Under the pieces are notes generated by a model that was given only the letters and a program-made list of their open reading frames with translations, searched no databases and was not told the DNA's origin. The position numbers and the translations under genes are program-made. From Caecitellus pseudoparvulus (Eukaryota; Protista; Bigyra: Bicosoecida): a stretch of 30,088 nt of DNA. Positions 17,274-27,863 of this stretch are shown in pieces. The DNA is taken from contig CBFFRQ010000159.1 in assembly GCA_965644315.1 (NCBI GenBank), positions 1-30,088 of the forward strand, in the 5' to 3' direction. Every line of letters starts with the position of its first letter. The stretch's first letter is position 1.

Positions 17274-17912
17274 ATGTGGAGGCATCATCTGCCTTGGGTG
17301 GCGCCTTGCTTGCTGGCCGCTGGCATCTACTTCACCCTGTCCCAGCGGGCGTTGGAGTTCTTCGGGTACCGCGTGCAGCTGTTCCTTGTGCATGTCCTAT
17401 GCATGGGTTTGGCCGGAGTGGTGTTGCTGCCCACCACGACAGCATGCATTGCTATGCGGGGGCGCGCCCCAGCAGCACTGCGAAAAGTGCTCGCGGTGTC
17501 ACATGGCGTGACCAATATCGCCCTTGTGGCGGTGTCTGCCGTGGGCTTCTGGGCCATCTTCCAGAACAAGAACTTGCATGGCAAGACACACTTCACAAGC
17601 TGGCACTCCTGGGCTGGCCTGGCCACCCTGGCGCTGTGGCTCATGAACTTGGCCTTGGGCCTACAGCGCTTGGTGGCCCTTGGCTCCTGGCAGTGGCGCC
17701 ACGTGCTGCATCGCCTGGTGGGCACCCTCGCAGGCACCATCAGCCTGGGAGCAGTGGTCACGGGCATCTGGTCACAGTGGGGCCAGGCAGCGCTGGGCGC
17801 GCACTTGCAGTGGATCCTCACGGCCCTGATTGGGTTGGTGGCATCTTTGGCGCAGGGCACATCCCTGTGGCCCTCAGCGAAAGCGAAGCACGGGACTACG
17901 AAAGGCGACTGA
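17274..17912 (+). CDS. Cytochrome b561 family transmembrane protein (212 aa)
   Basis: Four heme-ligand His in TM helices: FLVHVLCM, VSHG, HFTSWHSWAG, VLHRLVG; NK...GKTHF motif. Confidence 0.88.
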   Translation: MWRHHLPWVAPCLLAAGIYFTLSQRALEFFGYRVQLFLVHVLCMGLAGVVLLPTTTACIAMRGRAPAALRKVLAVSHGVTNIALVAVSAVGFWAIFQNKNLHGKTHFTSWHSWAGLATLALWLMNLALGLQRLVALGSWQWRHVLHRLVGTLAGTISLGAVVTGIWSQWGQAALGAHLQWILTALIGLVASLAQGTSLWPSAKAKHGTTKGD

Positions 17913-18020
17913 ACAGGTCCACTTGATCGTCAAAACGCCGTCTCACACGAGGCACGTGGGGCGGCTTGAGTCGTGCTGGGCATGTGCAGGTATGGCGGCT
18001 TGGCAACCTTGTCGCTTGCA

Positions 18021-18988
18021 ATGTCGCTGTCTTGTGCGTGGTGTGCGGGGGAAGGCTTGACCCGCCGGACAGCCTCCCTAACACAGCGCGGAAACCAACT
18101 CCACCAACCACCTCACGCCTGCCGAAGCGTGAAGACGTCAGGATTTAGGGACATTCGCAACTTGTGCAGCAGTTACATAGTACAATTCATCACAGGCGGC
18201 ATGTTTGTGAGTACCAACGCACAACCCGCTCCTTCAAAAGCCGCAAAGCTGGTCCACCTACCGAGCGCCCCGTCAAAGCGCAGCTGATGTACTTTGCCCT
18301 GGCCTTGTTCAGCAGGGCCTATCCATTCTTGATTCAGAGCTGCATTGGGGCGCTGATGAGTGCTGAAGCGTACTGTGCAGTGGCAGGACGAGGAGCTGGC
18401 GCCGGTCAAACTCTTCGCTTGGTGAGCTCGCGACATGCCGCATCTGCGCACATTGTGCGCATTCACCACCGTGCCACATCTGTTCCGGGCGTATTCCGTT
18501 CTGCAGTATGCAGCAGTGGAGGCAGTGTCTGCCGCAATCAGGTGCGGCTGCCACGCCCAACGCCAGCAACGCTGCTGGGTCTTCGCTCGTCAAGTTCGCC
18601 GCACAGTGCCGGCCCCGCCCCCCACAGCGCAACCTGGAGCATTTTCATATTTTCAGGGACGCACTTTGAGTGCTACATGGCCAGCAGCCCGGCGACCTGC
18701 CACTCTGTGCAGAGCGTTTGGTGCGTGTGCAAATTGTAGCCATGCCGCCCTTTCGCCTGCCACTCAGCACAACAGAGCAGTGTAGCACTCCCAAGCCCCC
18801 CTTGCAGGGCTGGCATCATGACAGTGTTCACTTTTGCTGAGGCTGGCGTGGCAGTCATCAGCTTCTTCGCGGCGGGCAACGTGCTGTCGCGGTCGCCTGG
18901 GCACGCACGGACTAAACACCGAGACCCCCAAATCACCGACCCCGGCATCCCACCAGGAGGAGTGGGCATACCTTTTGCTGGAACGTAG
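18021..18988 (+). CDS. Small multi-pass membrane protein, paralog A (exons about 18021-18206, 18284-18421, 18507-18541, 18628-18720, 18808-18988)
   Basis: Four phase-consistent GT-AG introns; spliced product aligns with paralog B. Start codon uncertain (17982 or 18021). Confidence 0.65.
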
Positions 18989-19054
18989 CCCCTCCATTCC
19001 CACCCCTTCCAGGCCTGGCGGCCGTGGCGCCTCTCCAGACGCTCAGCCTCAGGC

Positions 19055-19873
19055 ATGGCACCGGCCCTGCCAGCCACCCAACAGTCCTGCTGCCGGGTCA
19101 GCCAGTGCTGCCCTTGTGCGCCTCAGCAGCGCCGGTGCAGCTTCTTTCGCTGTGCCGGGTGCGAACGTGGAGCCCACCTGCAGTGCTACGTCTGTGGTCG
19201 GGAGCTCTCCAGTGACGCCATCACAGAGCGGGTGGCAAAGTCCGTTGCAGCACTCTCAGCGGTGAGTGAAACGCCTGTGAAACGGTGCCACACCGTGCCA
19301 CGTCCTTCCATGCGCCCTGACAGCTGGCATACTTGGCGCTGTTGGTGTTTGGGCGCTCCTACGTTGAAGCCATTCACTCTGGTCTGGGCATTTGTGAGTG
19401 CTGCCCCTGCCCACGCTCCTCCTCTGCCGCAGCATGCCGACTGCTCCGTCACAGTGGCGAGCTTGGAAGCCTTCAATGGAGCTGAGCGCAGCGATCGCCG
19501 GCCCCTGCAAGCATTCTACATCTATGAAGGCTTAGCTGGCATGTACTCTATCTTGGTTGGGACGGCCCTGCTGAATGGCACGCGCTTTGAGTGCTTCTTG
19601 AGGGAGTCCCCGCAGACGTGCGAAAGCACGCAGTTTGTGCTGGGCACCGTGCTGGTCGTGTACAGCGCAGGGGAGTTCGCAGCAGGGTCTGTCGTCTTTG
19701 TGGCGTGGCTCAACATGCAGGGAAGGCGGCAGCGCAGCGAAGCCCTGCCGTCACCCCACACTGCCGGGGCCGGCATGCTGCGGCTGGACATGCCTTCCAC
19801 CACGGCGCGTGCGCAGCCTGAACGGGTGCCCCGCTTTGCCTCTCCACCAAGGCGGGCCATGCACCGTGTGTAG
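19055..19873 (+). CDS. Small multi-pass membrane protein, paralog B (231 aa; exons 19055-19261, 19324-19393, 19455-19873)
   Basis: Two phase-consistent GTGAGT...CAG introns; Cys-rich N-terminus; LAYLALLVFGRSY and GTRFECF..SPQTC motifs shared with paralog A. Confidence 0.7.
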   Translation: MAPALPATQQSCCRVSQCCPCAPQQRRCSFFRCAGCERGAHLQCYVCGRELSSDAITERVAKSVAALSAVSETPVKRCHTVPRPSMRPDSWHTWRCWCLGAPTLKPFTLVWAFVSAAPAHAPPLPQHADCSVTVASLEAFNGAERSDRRPLQAFYIYEGLAGMYSILVGTALLNGTRFECFLRESPQTCESTQFVLGTVLVVYSAGEFAAGSVVFVAWLNMQGRRQRSEALPSPHTAGAGMLRLDMPSTTARAQPERVPRFASPPRRAMHRV

Positions 19874-19904
19874 GCCCATGCATTCTGCTGAGAAGGGGGG
19901 GGCT

Positions 19905-22900
19905 CTAGAAGTCCTCCTCCTCGTCGTCGTCGGCGCCCTCCAATCCCCGAACAGGCGAACCAGGCGGCAGCATGGAAGCCGCCTGCGTGCGAATGGCTAC
20001 CATGGCGTTGTCAGCCAGGCCGTACATGTCGATGAAGCCTTGGATGGTGACAGTCAGGTCATCCCCTGCTCGCACGCGGAAGGGGGGCGACATGCTGCCC
20101 ATGTTCACGGGGAACTCGGCCAGCTGCTGGGGCATGCGCTGGTGCGCGGCGTTGGCGATGGTCTCTGCGAAAGAGTTGTGGATGCCGTACGCATTGACGA
20201 ACTGCAGGGCTGTGTCATAGATGTCGTGCTGCTCGCCCTGCCGCACTTCGAAGTGCAGTTTGCGCCCGTCGGGGCCGTCCACCGGCACCACAAGCAGCGG
20301 CTGGCGCTTGGCCCGAGCGGCCACCTTGGCCTCCATGACGCTCAGCAGGTGCTGCACGCCGGCGTGCGTCTCAAGGGGTTCGCCCTGGGTGATGTTGTTC
20401 ACAGCGGCGAATTCGTACACGGCCTCCGTCGTGTTGGCGCCTTGGGCAATGACGAGCGTCTTGCGGAAGCCACCAGGCACCACCGTCGTGGCGGTTGCCT
20501 GGTACGGCTCCACAGTGGGCGCACGCTCAATGAGGGACGCCTTCAGGCTTTGCGCACCGGCTTCTGTGAGGGCATACTTCATGGCAAACTTCCGCACCAA
20601 TTCATCCAGGTCCTTCCCCTTGCGCACCCGCAGCGGGACCTCCTTCAGGGCGCCTGTCTGCGCGTCATCCAGAGTCACGTTGATGGAGTACGCGATGCGG
20701 TCCGCCTTGCCTCGCGCAGCGTATTCCTTCAACGACTCCAGGCGCTGCAAGCGCAGGGCCTCTGCCGCAGCCTGCTCCTGCATGATGGCTTCCACCTGGA
20801 AGTCGCTGCTGTTCATGTTGGCCTGCAGCCCCTTCACCACCCTCACTGCCTCTTCCAGGATCTCCTTCTCACGCAGGCGGATGGCAATGGCTGCCGTGCG
20901 AAGTGGCCCTGCCTTGGATCGCCGGGCAGCCGCCAGAGCGGCCTGGTCACTCTCAATCGTCCCGGGGGAGCTTTCCCGCATGTCCTGGATAACGTTCAGC
21001 AGTGCCTCCAGTGTCTTCTCCTCGTTCGCAACTGTGATGGCCTGGCTCGTGTTGAAGCTCTTGTGGCTGCCTTCACAGCCGCCAGCGGGGGGGAAGTCGT
21101 CGCAGTTGCACTCGTGATCGTGGAATGGGTGGGGGCCAGGCGGGCACAGGAAGTCCAGCTCCGTCTCGTGGATGATGTGCGTGCGGATGGCACACAGCAG
21201 CTGGCTGGTGATGTTGCCGTACTTGACTTTGTGGTCCGCGCCATTGCCGCAGTCAGACAGCAGCTCCTTCTTCCGCTTCATCAGCTTGTCCACCTCATCC
21301 ATGCCTGGCCTGGGCCGCACGCCGTCATTGTAGAACGCAGTCGTGCGGTTCAGGGTCTTCAGCACGCTGGGCTCGTCGTGGTCCGCGGCGATGGCATCCT
21401 GCAACTCCAGCGCCGCGTTTGACATGGCTCGCTGGGCCTTGGCGACGTCATCATCGTCGCTCTCGGGCTTCGCTGCAGCGTACAGCTGTGCATGGGAGGG
21501 GGCGTACTTTGCGGCAAGGGGGTTGGTTTCCGCCAGGATCAACGCCTGGGCCTCAGCTTTCGAGTCAGCGGCGCCCAGCAGCAACAGGTGCTGCTCGGAG
21601 TTCTCCACCTGCACACGCTGGCCAGCAAGCAGCTTGTTGGCTGCCTCCATGGCTTTCTCCTCGTCTTCGTCAAACTCGTCCCCGTACAAGTGCAGCTTGC
21701 GGGAGGCATCCCACAGGTCGCCGCTTTTGGGCGGGTACCGCAGCAGGCGCCGCCATTCAATGAGGGTGTCCAGGAACAGGTACAAGTCGTGGTTGTCCAC
21801 GGGCACTCCAGGGAGAAAGAGGCGCACGCCATCTTCAGGGTTATCCTTGGGCACTTCATGGAACAGCAGCAGGCTCTCACAGTTGCTCACCGGCCCCTTA
21901 TCCATGCCCAGCATAACCCCAGCAGGGTGCTCCCCCGCGTGAAGGCGGATGTGGTTGTCAAAGTGCAGGACCATGCGGGAGGTGGAGCCAGGGGCGTGCT
22001 TCAGCAGGTGGGCGTACGGCACCAGAGCCAGGAACCTGCCAGTGGTCGTCGGCCTGTTGATCCACACCGCGTTGGCGCGGACGATGGCGAGGCCCCACCG
22101 GATCTTGGCCAGCGAGTCCATGTTGCCGCAGACGTTGTCGAAGTCGTGCCCGCAGCCGAGAGAGTCGTGCTTGCGCAGGAAGGACATCATGTGTTCGGCG
22201 TCTTGGTCCCAGGCCTTCAGCAGGCCCTCCGCGCTGGTGCCACGCAGCTCTGCCACCACCTCCTTCCGCAGCAGCTTCATGCGCAGGTTCTGCAGGAACG
22301 GCCACCACTTGGAGTCCTTGCCTTTGGCGTGTTCGTAGAGAAAGAAGGCGGTGAGGCCCCACACTTGGTTCCTCTGGAAGACGGGCTTCATCTTGTCGGA
22401 TAGCTTGCGGGTGTCCCTGTACTTGACCATCTTCAGCGTGTGCTGCGACATGGTCAGCTCCACGGGTACCTTCAGCACCTCATCCTGGTCCCCCACCGCC
22501 TCCAACGTCTCTAGCCCCGTGAAGCGCGTGCTGCTGTTCATGGAGTCGGTGTGGGCAGGCTCTGCAAAGTTCATCTTGCCGCCGCCAGCCACGAACCAGT
22601 CCTCCATTTCTTCCTGCTTGGCGCCATCCTGGATGAGGGAGCTGGTGTTGTGCGCGGCCACTTCGCCTTCGCGGTGGTGCAGGGCAATGAGGTACTTGGG
22701 GTCCAACCCCTCCTCAATGCCAATGAAAAGAGTGCGGTATGTGTGCTTGCGCTTGTCCACGCGGTGCCGCTTGGCCTCACCCACCCACTCCTGCACATCG
22801 GTTTGAGCAGGGAAGGCGCCCGACAGCGAAATGGCGCCGTTCACGACGTCCTCCATAACCTTCATGGACTTTGTGTAGGCCATGACGGCATTCTCCTGTT

Positions 22901-23345
22901 CCAGGGGCACCACTGAGCCGTCGCTATCGACGGCCCCCTGTGCACCCGGCGCTGGAAGCATCGCAATGTCTTCCGCAGTCAGGCGTGGCAAGATCGTTTG
23001 CACCGTGTCTACGTAGTCGTCAACGTCGCGCTCCAGCAGGCGCTCCTTCGCAATGCTCATGGCAAACTCCCGAATCAGCTCCTTGCTCTCGGGTTCAATA
23101 GTGCAGATGAACGGGAAGCGCTGGCATCGCTCCGTCAGCTTGTCTCCGTTGCCTGCTGCCACGGCGCTGTCCACAAAGGCACGCAGCCCCGCGTCCACAG
23201 CGTGCCCTAGGTCTTCAGTGGATGTGAACGAGACTTCCTCTGCACTATGTGCGTCGTACATGTCATGGATGGACCCTGCTGCCAGGCCCAGGGCAGCACA
23301 CGCCCAGAGGGCTGCTGCCACGCTTGTCAACCCGCCGAAACGCAT
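19905..23345 (-). CDS. Signal-peptide protein with Rubisco-LSMT/SETD3-like SET domain and C-terminal repeats (1146 aa)
   Basis: N-terminal MRFGGLTSVAAALWACAALGLAAG; SET-like motifs W...GG, VLKVPVELTMS, FLYEH..GKDSKWWPFL, ALVPYAHLLKH, SNCESLL...KDNP; LSMT-like TIESD...AIRLREKEIL. Confidence 0.8.
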   Translation of the reverse strand: MRFGGLTSVAAALWACAALGLAAGSIHDMYDAHSAEEVSFTSTEDLGHAVDAGLRAFVDSAVAAGNGDKLTERCQRFPFICTIEPESKELIREFAMSIAKERLLERDVDDYVDTVQTILPRLTAEDIAMLPAPGAQGAVDSDGSVVPLEQENAVMAYTKSMKVMEDVVNGAISLSGAFPAQTDVQEWVGEAKRHRVDKRKHTYRTLFIGIEEGLDPKYLIALHHREGEVAAHNTSSLIQDGAKQEEMEDWFVAGGGKMNFAEPAHTDSMNSSTRFTGLETLEAVGDQDEVLKVPVELTMSQHTLKMVKYRDTRKLSDKMKPVFQRNQVWGLTAFFLYEHAKGKDSKWWPFLQNLRMKLLRKEVVAELRGTSAEGLLKAWDQDAEHMMSFLRKHDSLGCGHDFDNVCGNMDSLAKIRWGLAIVRANAVWINRPTTTGRFLALVPYAHLLKHAPGSTSRMVLHFDNHIRLHAGEHPAGVMLGMDKGPVSNCESLLLFHEVPKDNPEDGVRLFLPGVPVDNHDLYLFLDTLIEWRRLLRYPPKSGDLWDASRKLHLYGDEFDEDEEKAMEAANKLLAGQRVQVENSEQHLLLLGAADSKAEAQALILAETNPLAAKYAPSHAQLYAAAKPESDDDDVAKAQRAMSNAALELQDAIAADHDEPSVLKTLNRTTAFYNDGVRPRPGMDEVDKLMKRKKELLSDCGNGADHKVKYGNITSQLLCAIRTHIIHETELDFLCPPGPHPFHDHECNCDDFPPAGGCEGSHKSFNTSQAITVANEEKTLEALLNVIQDMRESSPGTIESDQAALAAARRSKAGPLRTAAIAIRLREKEILEEAVRVVKGLQANMNSSDFQVEAIMQEQAAAEALRLQRLESLKEYAARGKADRIAYSINVTLDDAQTGALKEVPLRVRKGKDLDELVRKFAMKYALTEAGAQSLKASLIERAPTVEPYQATATTVVPGGFRKTLVIAQGANTTEAVYEFAAVNNITQGEPLETHAGVQHLLSVMEAKVAARAKRQPLLVVPVDGPDGRKLHFEVRQGEQHDIYDTALQFVNAYGIHNSFAETIANAAHQRMPQQLAEFPVNMGSMSPPFRVRAGDDLTVTIQGFIDMYGLADNAMVAIRTQAASMLPPGSPVRGLEGADDDEEEDF

Positions 23346-23564
23346 TGCAACGGAAGGCGCCGCAATGCAAAGGTGATGCTGCACGCTCACAAGTCTGCAC
23401 ACGGCAGAAAAGGGGCAGGGGCAAATCAAAACTTGCCCATGCATTCAATGGCAGAAATTTTAATTTGTGAGGTGTTCATTTTGCGGGCCTGTCGCGAGTG
23501 CAGCCACGGGCTTTGATTGAGCGCGGAATTTGAGCAGGGTTGCCAGCACACCCAACAACCTCGC

Positions 23565-24114
23565 ATGGCTGCACCTGCCCAGGCAGGCGCAGAGGTGGAG
23601 GAGCGGCAGTTCGTCATTCAGATCCCAGAGCTGGCACAGGAACCTTTGCTGTCCCACGTCACTGCTGACACAGGCATGACAATCCAGGTGAGCAAGTAGC
23701 GTGCCGAGATGGTGACAGCCCAAAGCACTCCGAGGCCCCGGCTGGGCCCCTGCACAGGGCTTGGACACCGAGGCCCCTGTCATGCACCTGGGCGCATATG
23801 TGCTGCATGGCACTTTTGTGGAGGACCTTGGCGATACGCTGCTGCTGGACAGGTCAGACGACCAGGCAGTGGCCACGGCAGCCTTGCAGCAAGGCACACC
23901 GGTCCCGTTCAGCAGTGCGTGCCGCCTCGCCCGCGCCAGGCTTGGTACTTCAGATAGCTCATAGTTCACGGCACTCCCTTGCCTGTCCTGGCCAGCCCTC
24001 GGTGCCCAGAAATCCCACGGCACCATCGTGTTCACGCTGAGCCGCCCAGAGCCCGGCCTCGCGGCAGCTCTTCGCAACAAGCTCACGCACGCCGCCGCTA
24101 GCAGCGACCCTTGA
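23565..24114 (+). CDS. TFIIIC subunit 6 (GTF3C6/Tfc7)-like protein (exons 23565-23687, 23758-23944, 23996-24114)
   Basis: IQ|GLDTEAPVMHLGAYVLHGTFVEDLGDTLLL matches the TFIIIC_sub6 triple-barrel pattern; introns are phase-consistent. Confidence 0.7.
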
Positions 24115-24126
24115 GCGCCAGTGCAT

Positions 24127-25638
24127 TCACCACAGCCGGACGTGGCTGTGCAGCTGGGCGTTGGCGATGCGCCGTGCACCTGCCTTGCCCTTCTCCTGCT
24201 GCTGTGCCCGGACGGCATCCGTGTCCAGGCCCAGACCAGACGCCACACGGGTGTTTGTGAACCGCCGCCGGTTCAAAGCACTTTCCTGGGCAGCCAGGGC
24301 CGTGTCTTGGGCTGCTTTTGCCTCGGCGTGCTGCGCCGCTGCGTCCCGCAGCAACGCCGCAGTGCGTTTCTGCGCGCGCAAATGTGCCGCCCGTCCCTCT
24401 GCACGCCTGCGGTGGGTGGCTGCGTTGGCGGCGCGATTGGCAGCCACGCCCTCCTCATACGCCGCAGTGGCCTCAGCTGCCTCTGCACGCAATTTTCCTC
24501 TCAGCAAACGGGCGTTCTCCCGCTGCACCGCCTTGGCTGCAGCCTTGCGTCGTGCTGCTGCCTCACGCTCAGCTGCTGCCTCGGCCGCGAAGCGTTTCGC
24601 CATGGCTTGCGTCTGCACAGCCTGTGCGCGTGCCTCGTCTTCCTCCAGCGTGCGTGTGATGAAGGCACTGTGGTTCACGCGCCGCACCTTGAACGCTGTC
24701 GTCCGCCGTACCTCCTCTTCGCGTTGCGCCGCCCGCCGCTCAGCCACCGCTTGCGCCTGTACAGCTGCAGCCTCTTCACGTGCCGCTTCCGCAGCCACGG
24801 CTGCGCGGTGGGCGGCAATGGAGCCCTCATTGCTGGCCACAGTGGCCATGTGCTCCCGCCGCCTCTCGCGCCGCCGCGCTGCCTCCTCCGCCGCCGCAGC
24901 CTTGGCAGCTGCCTGGGCTCTGCGCTGGTCTGCCGCCGCCTGCGCCGCCTCGGCTGCCTGGGCTGCCGCGCGCTCCGCATTTTTCGCCTGCAGGGCGGCG
25001 GTGGCTTCTCGCTGGGCCTGCTTGCGCTGGCGCCGCTGTGCTGCTGCGCGCTCCGCTGCTGCTGCCTCTGCCTCGGCCACTGCGCGAGTCACAGCGGCCG
25101 CTTCGGCTGCCTCAGCCTGCAGCACGAGCTGCGCGCCACGCCGCTGAAGGGCCAGGGACTTCCGCATGGCGGCGTTGCGGGCTGCGGCAGCTGCCTGCAC
25201 TTTGGCACGGGTGGCTGCCTTGTCAGCCTCCTCCTCCGCTGCTAGCTGTCGCGCGGCCACCGCTTCAGCCGAGTTTGCCGCAGTCTCAGCAGCTCGAGCC
25301 AAGTGCCCACGGCGCTTGGCGTGCACGGCGCTGGATGGAGTGGTGCCGGAGAAATGCAGTGAAGATCTTTCATGTTTCCGTCGTCTCTTGTCCTGCTGTC
25401 TGCTTCGCCCACTCGCTGCAGACGGTAGGGCAGGCATGGCCGTGTCGCGGCGACGCTGGCTGGCGTTTCCTGCGCTGCAGGCAGCTGCCGCCGCCACGCC
25501 GTCCAGAGCAGACGAAGCGGCCCGTGAGTCGGGTTTCGCATACCGTCTTGCATTGCCAGAAGCTGCGTGCACACTGCCATAGCGCATGGCTGTGCCCTGT
25601 GCTGCACGCACTGCCAAAGTGTGGGCGAGGGATGGCAT
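24127..25638 (-). CDS. Ala/Arg/Glu-rich coiled-coil protein, possibly ciliary
   Basis: 503-aa ORF from first ATG with long helical composition; no recognised domain. Confidence 0.65.
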   Translation of the reverse strand: MPSLAHTLAVRAAQGTAMRYGSVHAASGNARRYAKPDSRAASSALDGVAAAAACSAGNASQRRRDTAMPALPSAASGRSRQQDKRRRKHERSSLHFSGTTPSSAVHAKRRGHLARAAETAANSAEAVAARQLAAEEEADKAATRAKVQAAAAARNAAMRKSLALQRRGAQLVLQAEAAEAAAVTRAVAEAEAAAAERAAAQRRQRKQAQREATAALQAKNAERAAAQAAEAAQAAADQRRAQAAAKAAAAEEAARRRERRREHMATVASNEGSIAAHRAAVAAEAAREEAAAVQAQAVAERRAAQREEEVRRTTAFKVRRVNHSAFITRTLEEDEARAQAVQTQAMAKRFAAEAAAEREAAARRKAAAKAVQRENARLLRGKLRAEAAEATAAYEEGVAANRAANAATHRRRAEGRAAHLRAQKRTAALLRDAAAQHAEAKAAQDTALAAQESALNRRRFTNTRVASGLGLDTDAVRAQQQEKGKAGARRIANAQLHSHVRLW

Positions 25639-25779
25639 GCTGGTGGCGTGAGGCGTTTGCACGTCACAACAGGAGGGCAGGTGCCCGCACCGCCCCGAGA
25701 CAAGGGCGTCAAATCAGTGCTGAATGCGTGAATTGCCTGTGGCACAGACCTGCTCCGCACGAACGGAAGCCTCTCGCCA

Positions 25780-27417
25780 TCAGAAGGGCCTGTTGCCTCG
25801 GCCGCCCCCCCCCCCACCCCCCTTTGCGGTCTTCAGACTCACCTTCAGAGTGCGCCCTGGCTCGAGACTGGCGCCGTCCATTGCGGCGATGGCGGCAGAG
25901 GCGGCCTCGGGGTTGTCGTACGACACAAAGCCGAAGCCCTTGGAGCGCCCAGTGGCCTTGTCCACAAACACCTTGGTGGACACCACGTTGCCGAATGGGG
26001 CGAAGGTGCTGCCCAAGTCGGAGTCACTGAACATGGCTGGAATGTTGTACACAAACAAGTTGCAGCCAGGGGGGCCACTGCGCTGGCTGGACGGGGGGCG
26101 GCCCGCTGGCGGGGGGGGCGGCGCGTAGGCTCCAGCCCCCCCCGCTGGGGGTTGGCCAGGGGGGGGTGCATGACCCCCCATGCCCCCCCCCTGGCCCCAG
26201 CCCGCCGCGTGCATGGGCTGGGGAGGGGGGCGTAGGGGGTAGGCCCCCCTCCCCACCCCGCTTGGGGGGGGGTGCTGTAGGATGGGCTGGCCACTGTCCT
26301 CCGCCTTGGGCTGGGGGGGTCCCCATGGCTGGGCTGAGGGGTGTGAGGGGGGCTGCCGCACCTGGCCACTGCCCCCTGCAGGGGACATGCCCCAGGGTGA
26401 GGGGGGCGGCCGGGTGAGGTGCTGCCCCCCAACCAGCGGGGGGGTCCCCAGCCAGGGTGAGGGGGGGGTCCCTGTCCCCACGCAGGGGGGGGGGGTCCCT
26501 GTCCCCCTGCACCCCCCCTCCGGGCATCCCTGTCCCGGGGCGAGTCGGCGAATTTGACTGTGAGGGCGCGGTGGCCTGCCGGCGAAAACGCCGTCTGTGA
26601 GCCGTTCATCGCTGAGATGGCTGCCATTGCTGCCTGCTGCGTTGCAAATGTGATGAAGCCACAACCCTTGCTGCTGCCGTCTGGCTTCGTCAGCACGACT
26701 GCGTTCTGGATCTGCCCGAACACGCCGAACACGCCCTGCATCTCCTGCTCCGTCGTGCTGAAGGGCATCATGCCCACGAACAGCTTGGCTGGGCCACCGT
26801 CCATTGGAGGGGGGCCGCCCATGAAGCCACCCGGGCCATGGTGGTGGTATGCCTGGGTAGGTGGGGGCTGGGGTGCGCGAGACTGGCGCTCCCTGTCCGT
26901 GTGTGCCGGCGCCACCGTCATCGGGTTCCGCATGCCAGGCCAAGTGTGCTGTTTGTCCAGAGCTGCCATGGCGGCATCGGCAGAGGCCTTGTCTGCGAAG
27001 GTGATGAAGCCACACCCCCTCGAATCGCCCGTGTCACGAAACTTGAGGATCTTGAACTCCACAATCCGCCCATACGGCTCGAACACAGCACACAACTGCG
27101 ACGGGGGCGAGGGCAGCCAGCGTTTCACGTTCCGCACATGAAACTCCGCTCCCGCGCCTGCCACTCACCTCTGCCTCGCCAGCCTCCTTGGGCAGCTGTC
27201 CAACGAACAGCTTGGGCGCTGGCATGCCTGAGGGCTGAGGGGCCTGCACACTATCGCCGTGGCTTGCCTGGCTGTGGTCCCAGTGAGCTGGGGGTGCCGA
27301 CGGCGCCACTGCAGCATCAGGCACCACTGCCTCTGCAGTCGGGGAAGACGGCTGCGCTGACACAGGTGCTGGCTCAGGGACGACAGTGTCCCCTGGGGGG
27401 CCATCTTCGTCTGCCAT
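25780..27417 (-). CDS. CELF/Bruno-like RNA-binding protein, three RRMs (intron 27096-27168; one frameshift near 26440)
   Basis: RRM1 KLFVGQLP...SRGCGF, RRM2 KLFVGMMP...SKGCGF..VKFAD, RRM3 [13 protein letters not shown]...[23 protein letters not shown]3 lies in another frame. Confidence 0.88.
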
Positions 27418-27863
27418 CACGCCCACACGTGTGCAAGTCGGGGTTTCTGTGGCCTTCAGCGCCGCTGCACGCGGTCAAGCCCAACTGGGTTTGCTGCGGA
27501 GTTTGCCACGCCCTCTCAGCCAAGCACTGCTTGGACACTGCAACCAAGCCTTTGTCCGTAAACATACGTGTCAGAGGTGCAGGCATGGTATGTCCACTGT
27601 GCCTAGCTGATTGTTGGGGTTAACATTTGATTTCACGGTCCAACATGCTTGAATAAGAGCTCACACGACGGGTATAAGGCTTGACGTCCACATACAACTG
27701 TTGTATCGCTGTGCCACCCACCTCAGCTTGTATCGGTTTGTGAGTACAGATTACACTGTCTGTCTGGCCGAATTTACGCCGGTGCCACAAGCTCATTTGC
27801 CACTACGGTTGGACTGGCAGCCGAGCACCGTGCATTGCGCTCCAGCAAAACGAAAAGATCCAC

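Noticed and set aside
18375-18421. Frameshift in paralog A (alternative reading QDEELAPVKLFAW)
   Set aside because: The unshifted frame is phase-compatible with the next exon, so no frameshift is needed.
19635-22916. Long plus-strand ORFs (595, 298, 303 aa) opposite the SET-like gene
   Set aside because: Antisense shadows with no domain signal.
24121-26030. Cys/Arg- and Ala-rich plus-strand ORFs
   Set aside because: Alternative-frame readings of the GCN-rich coiled-coil gene.
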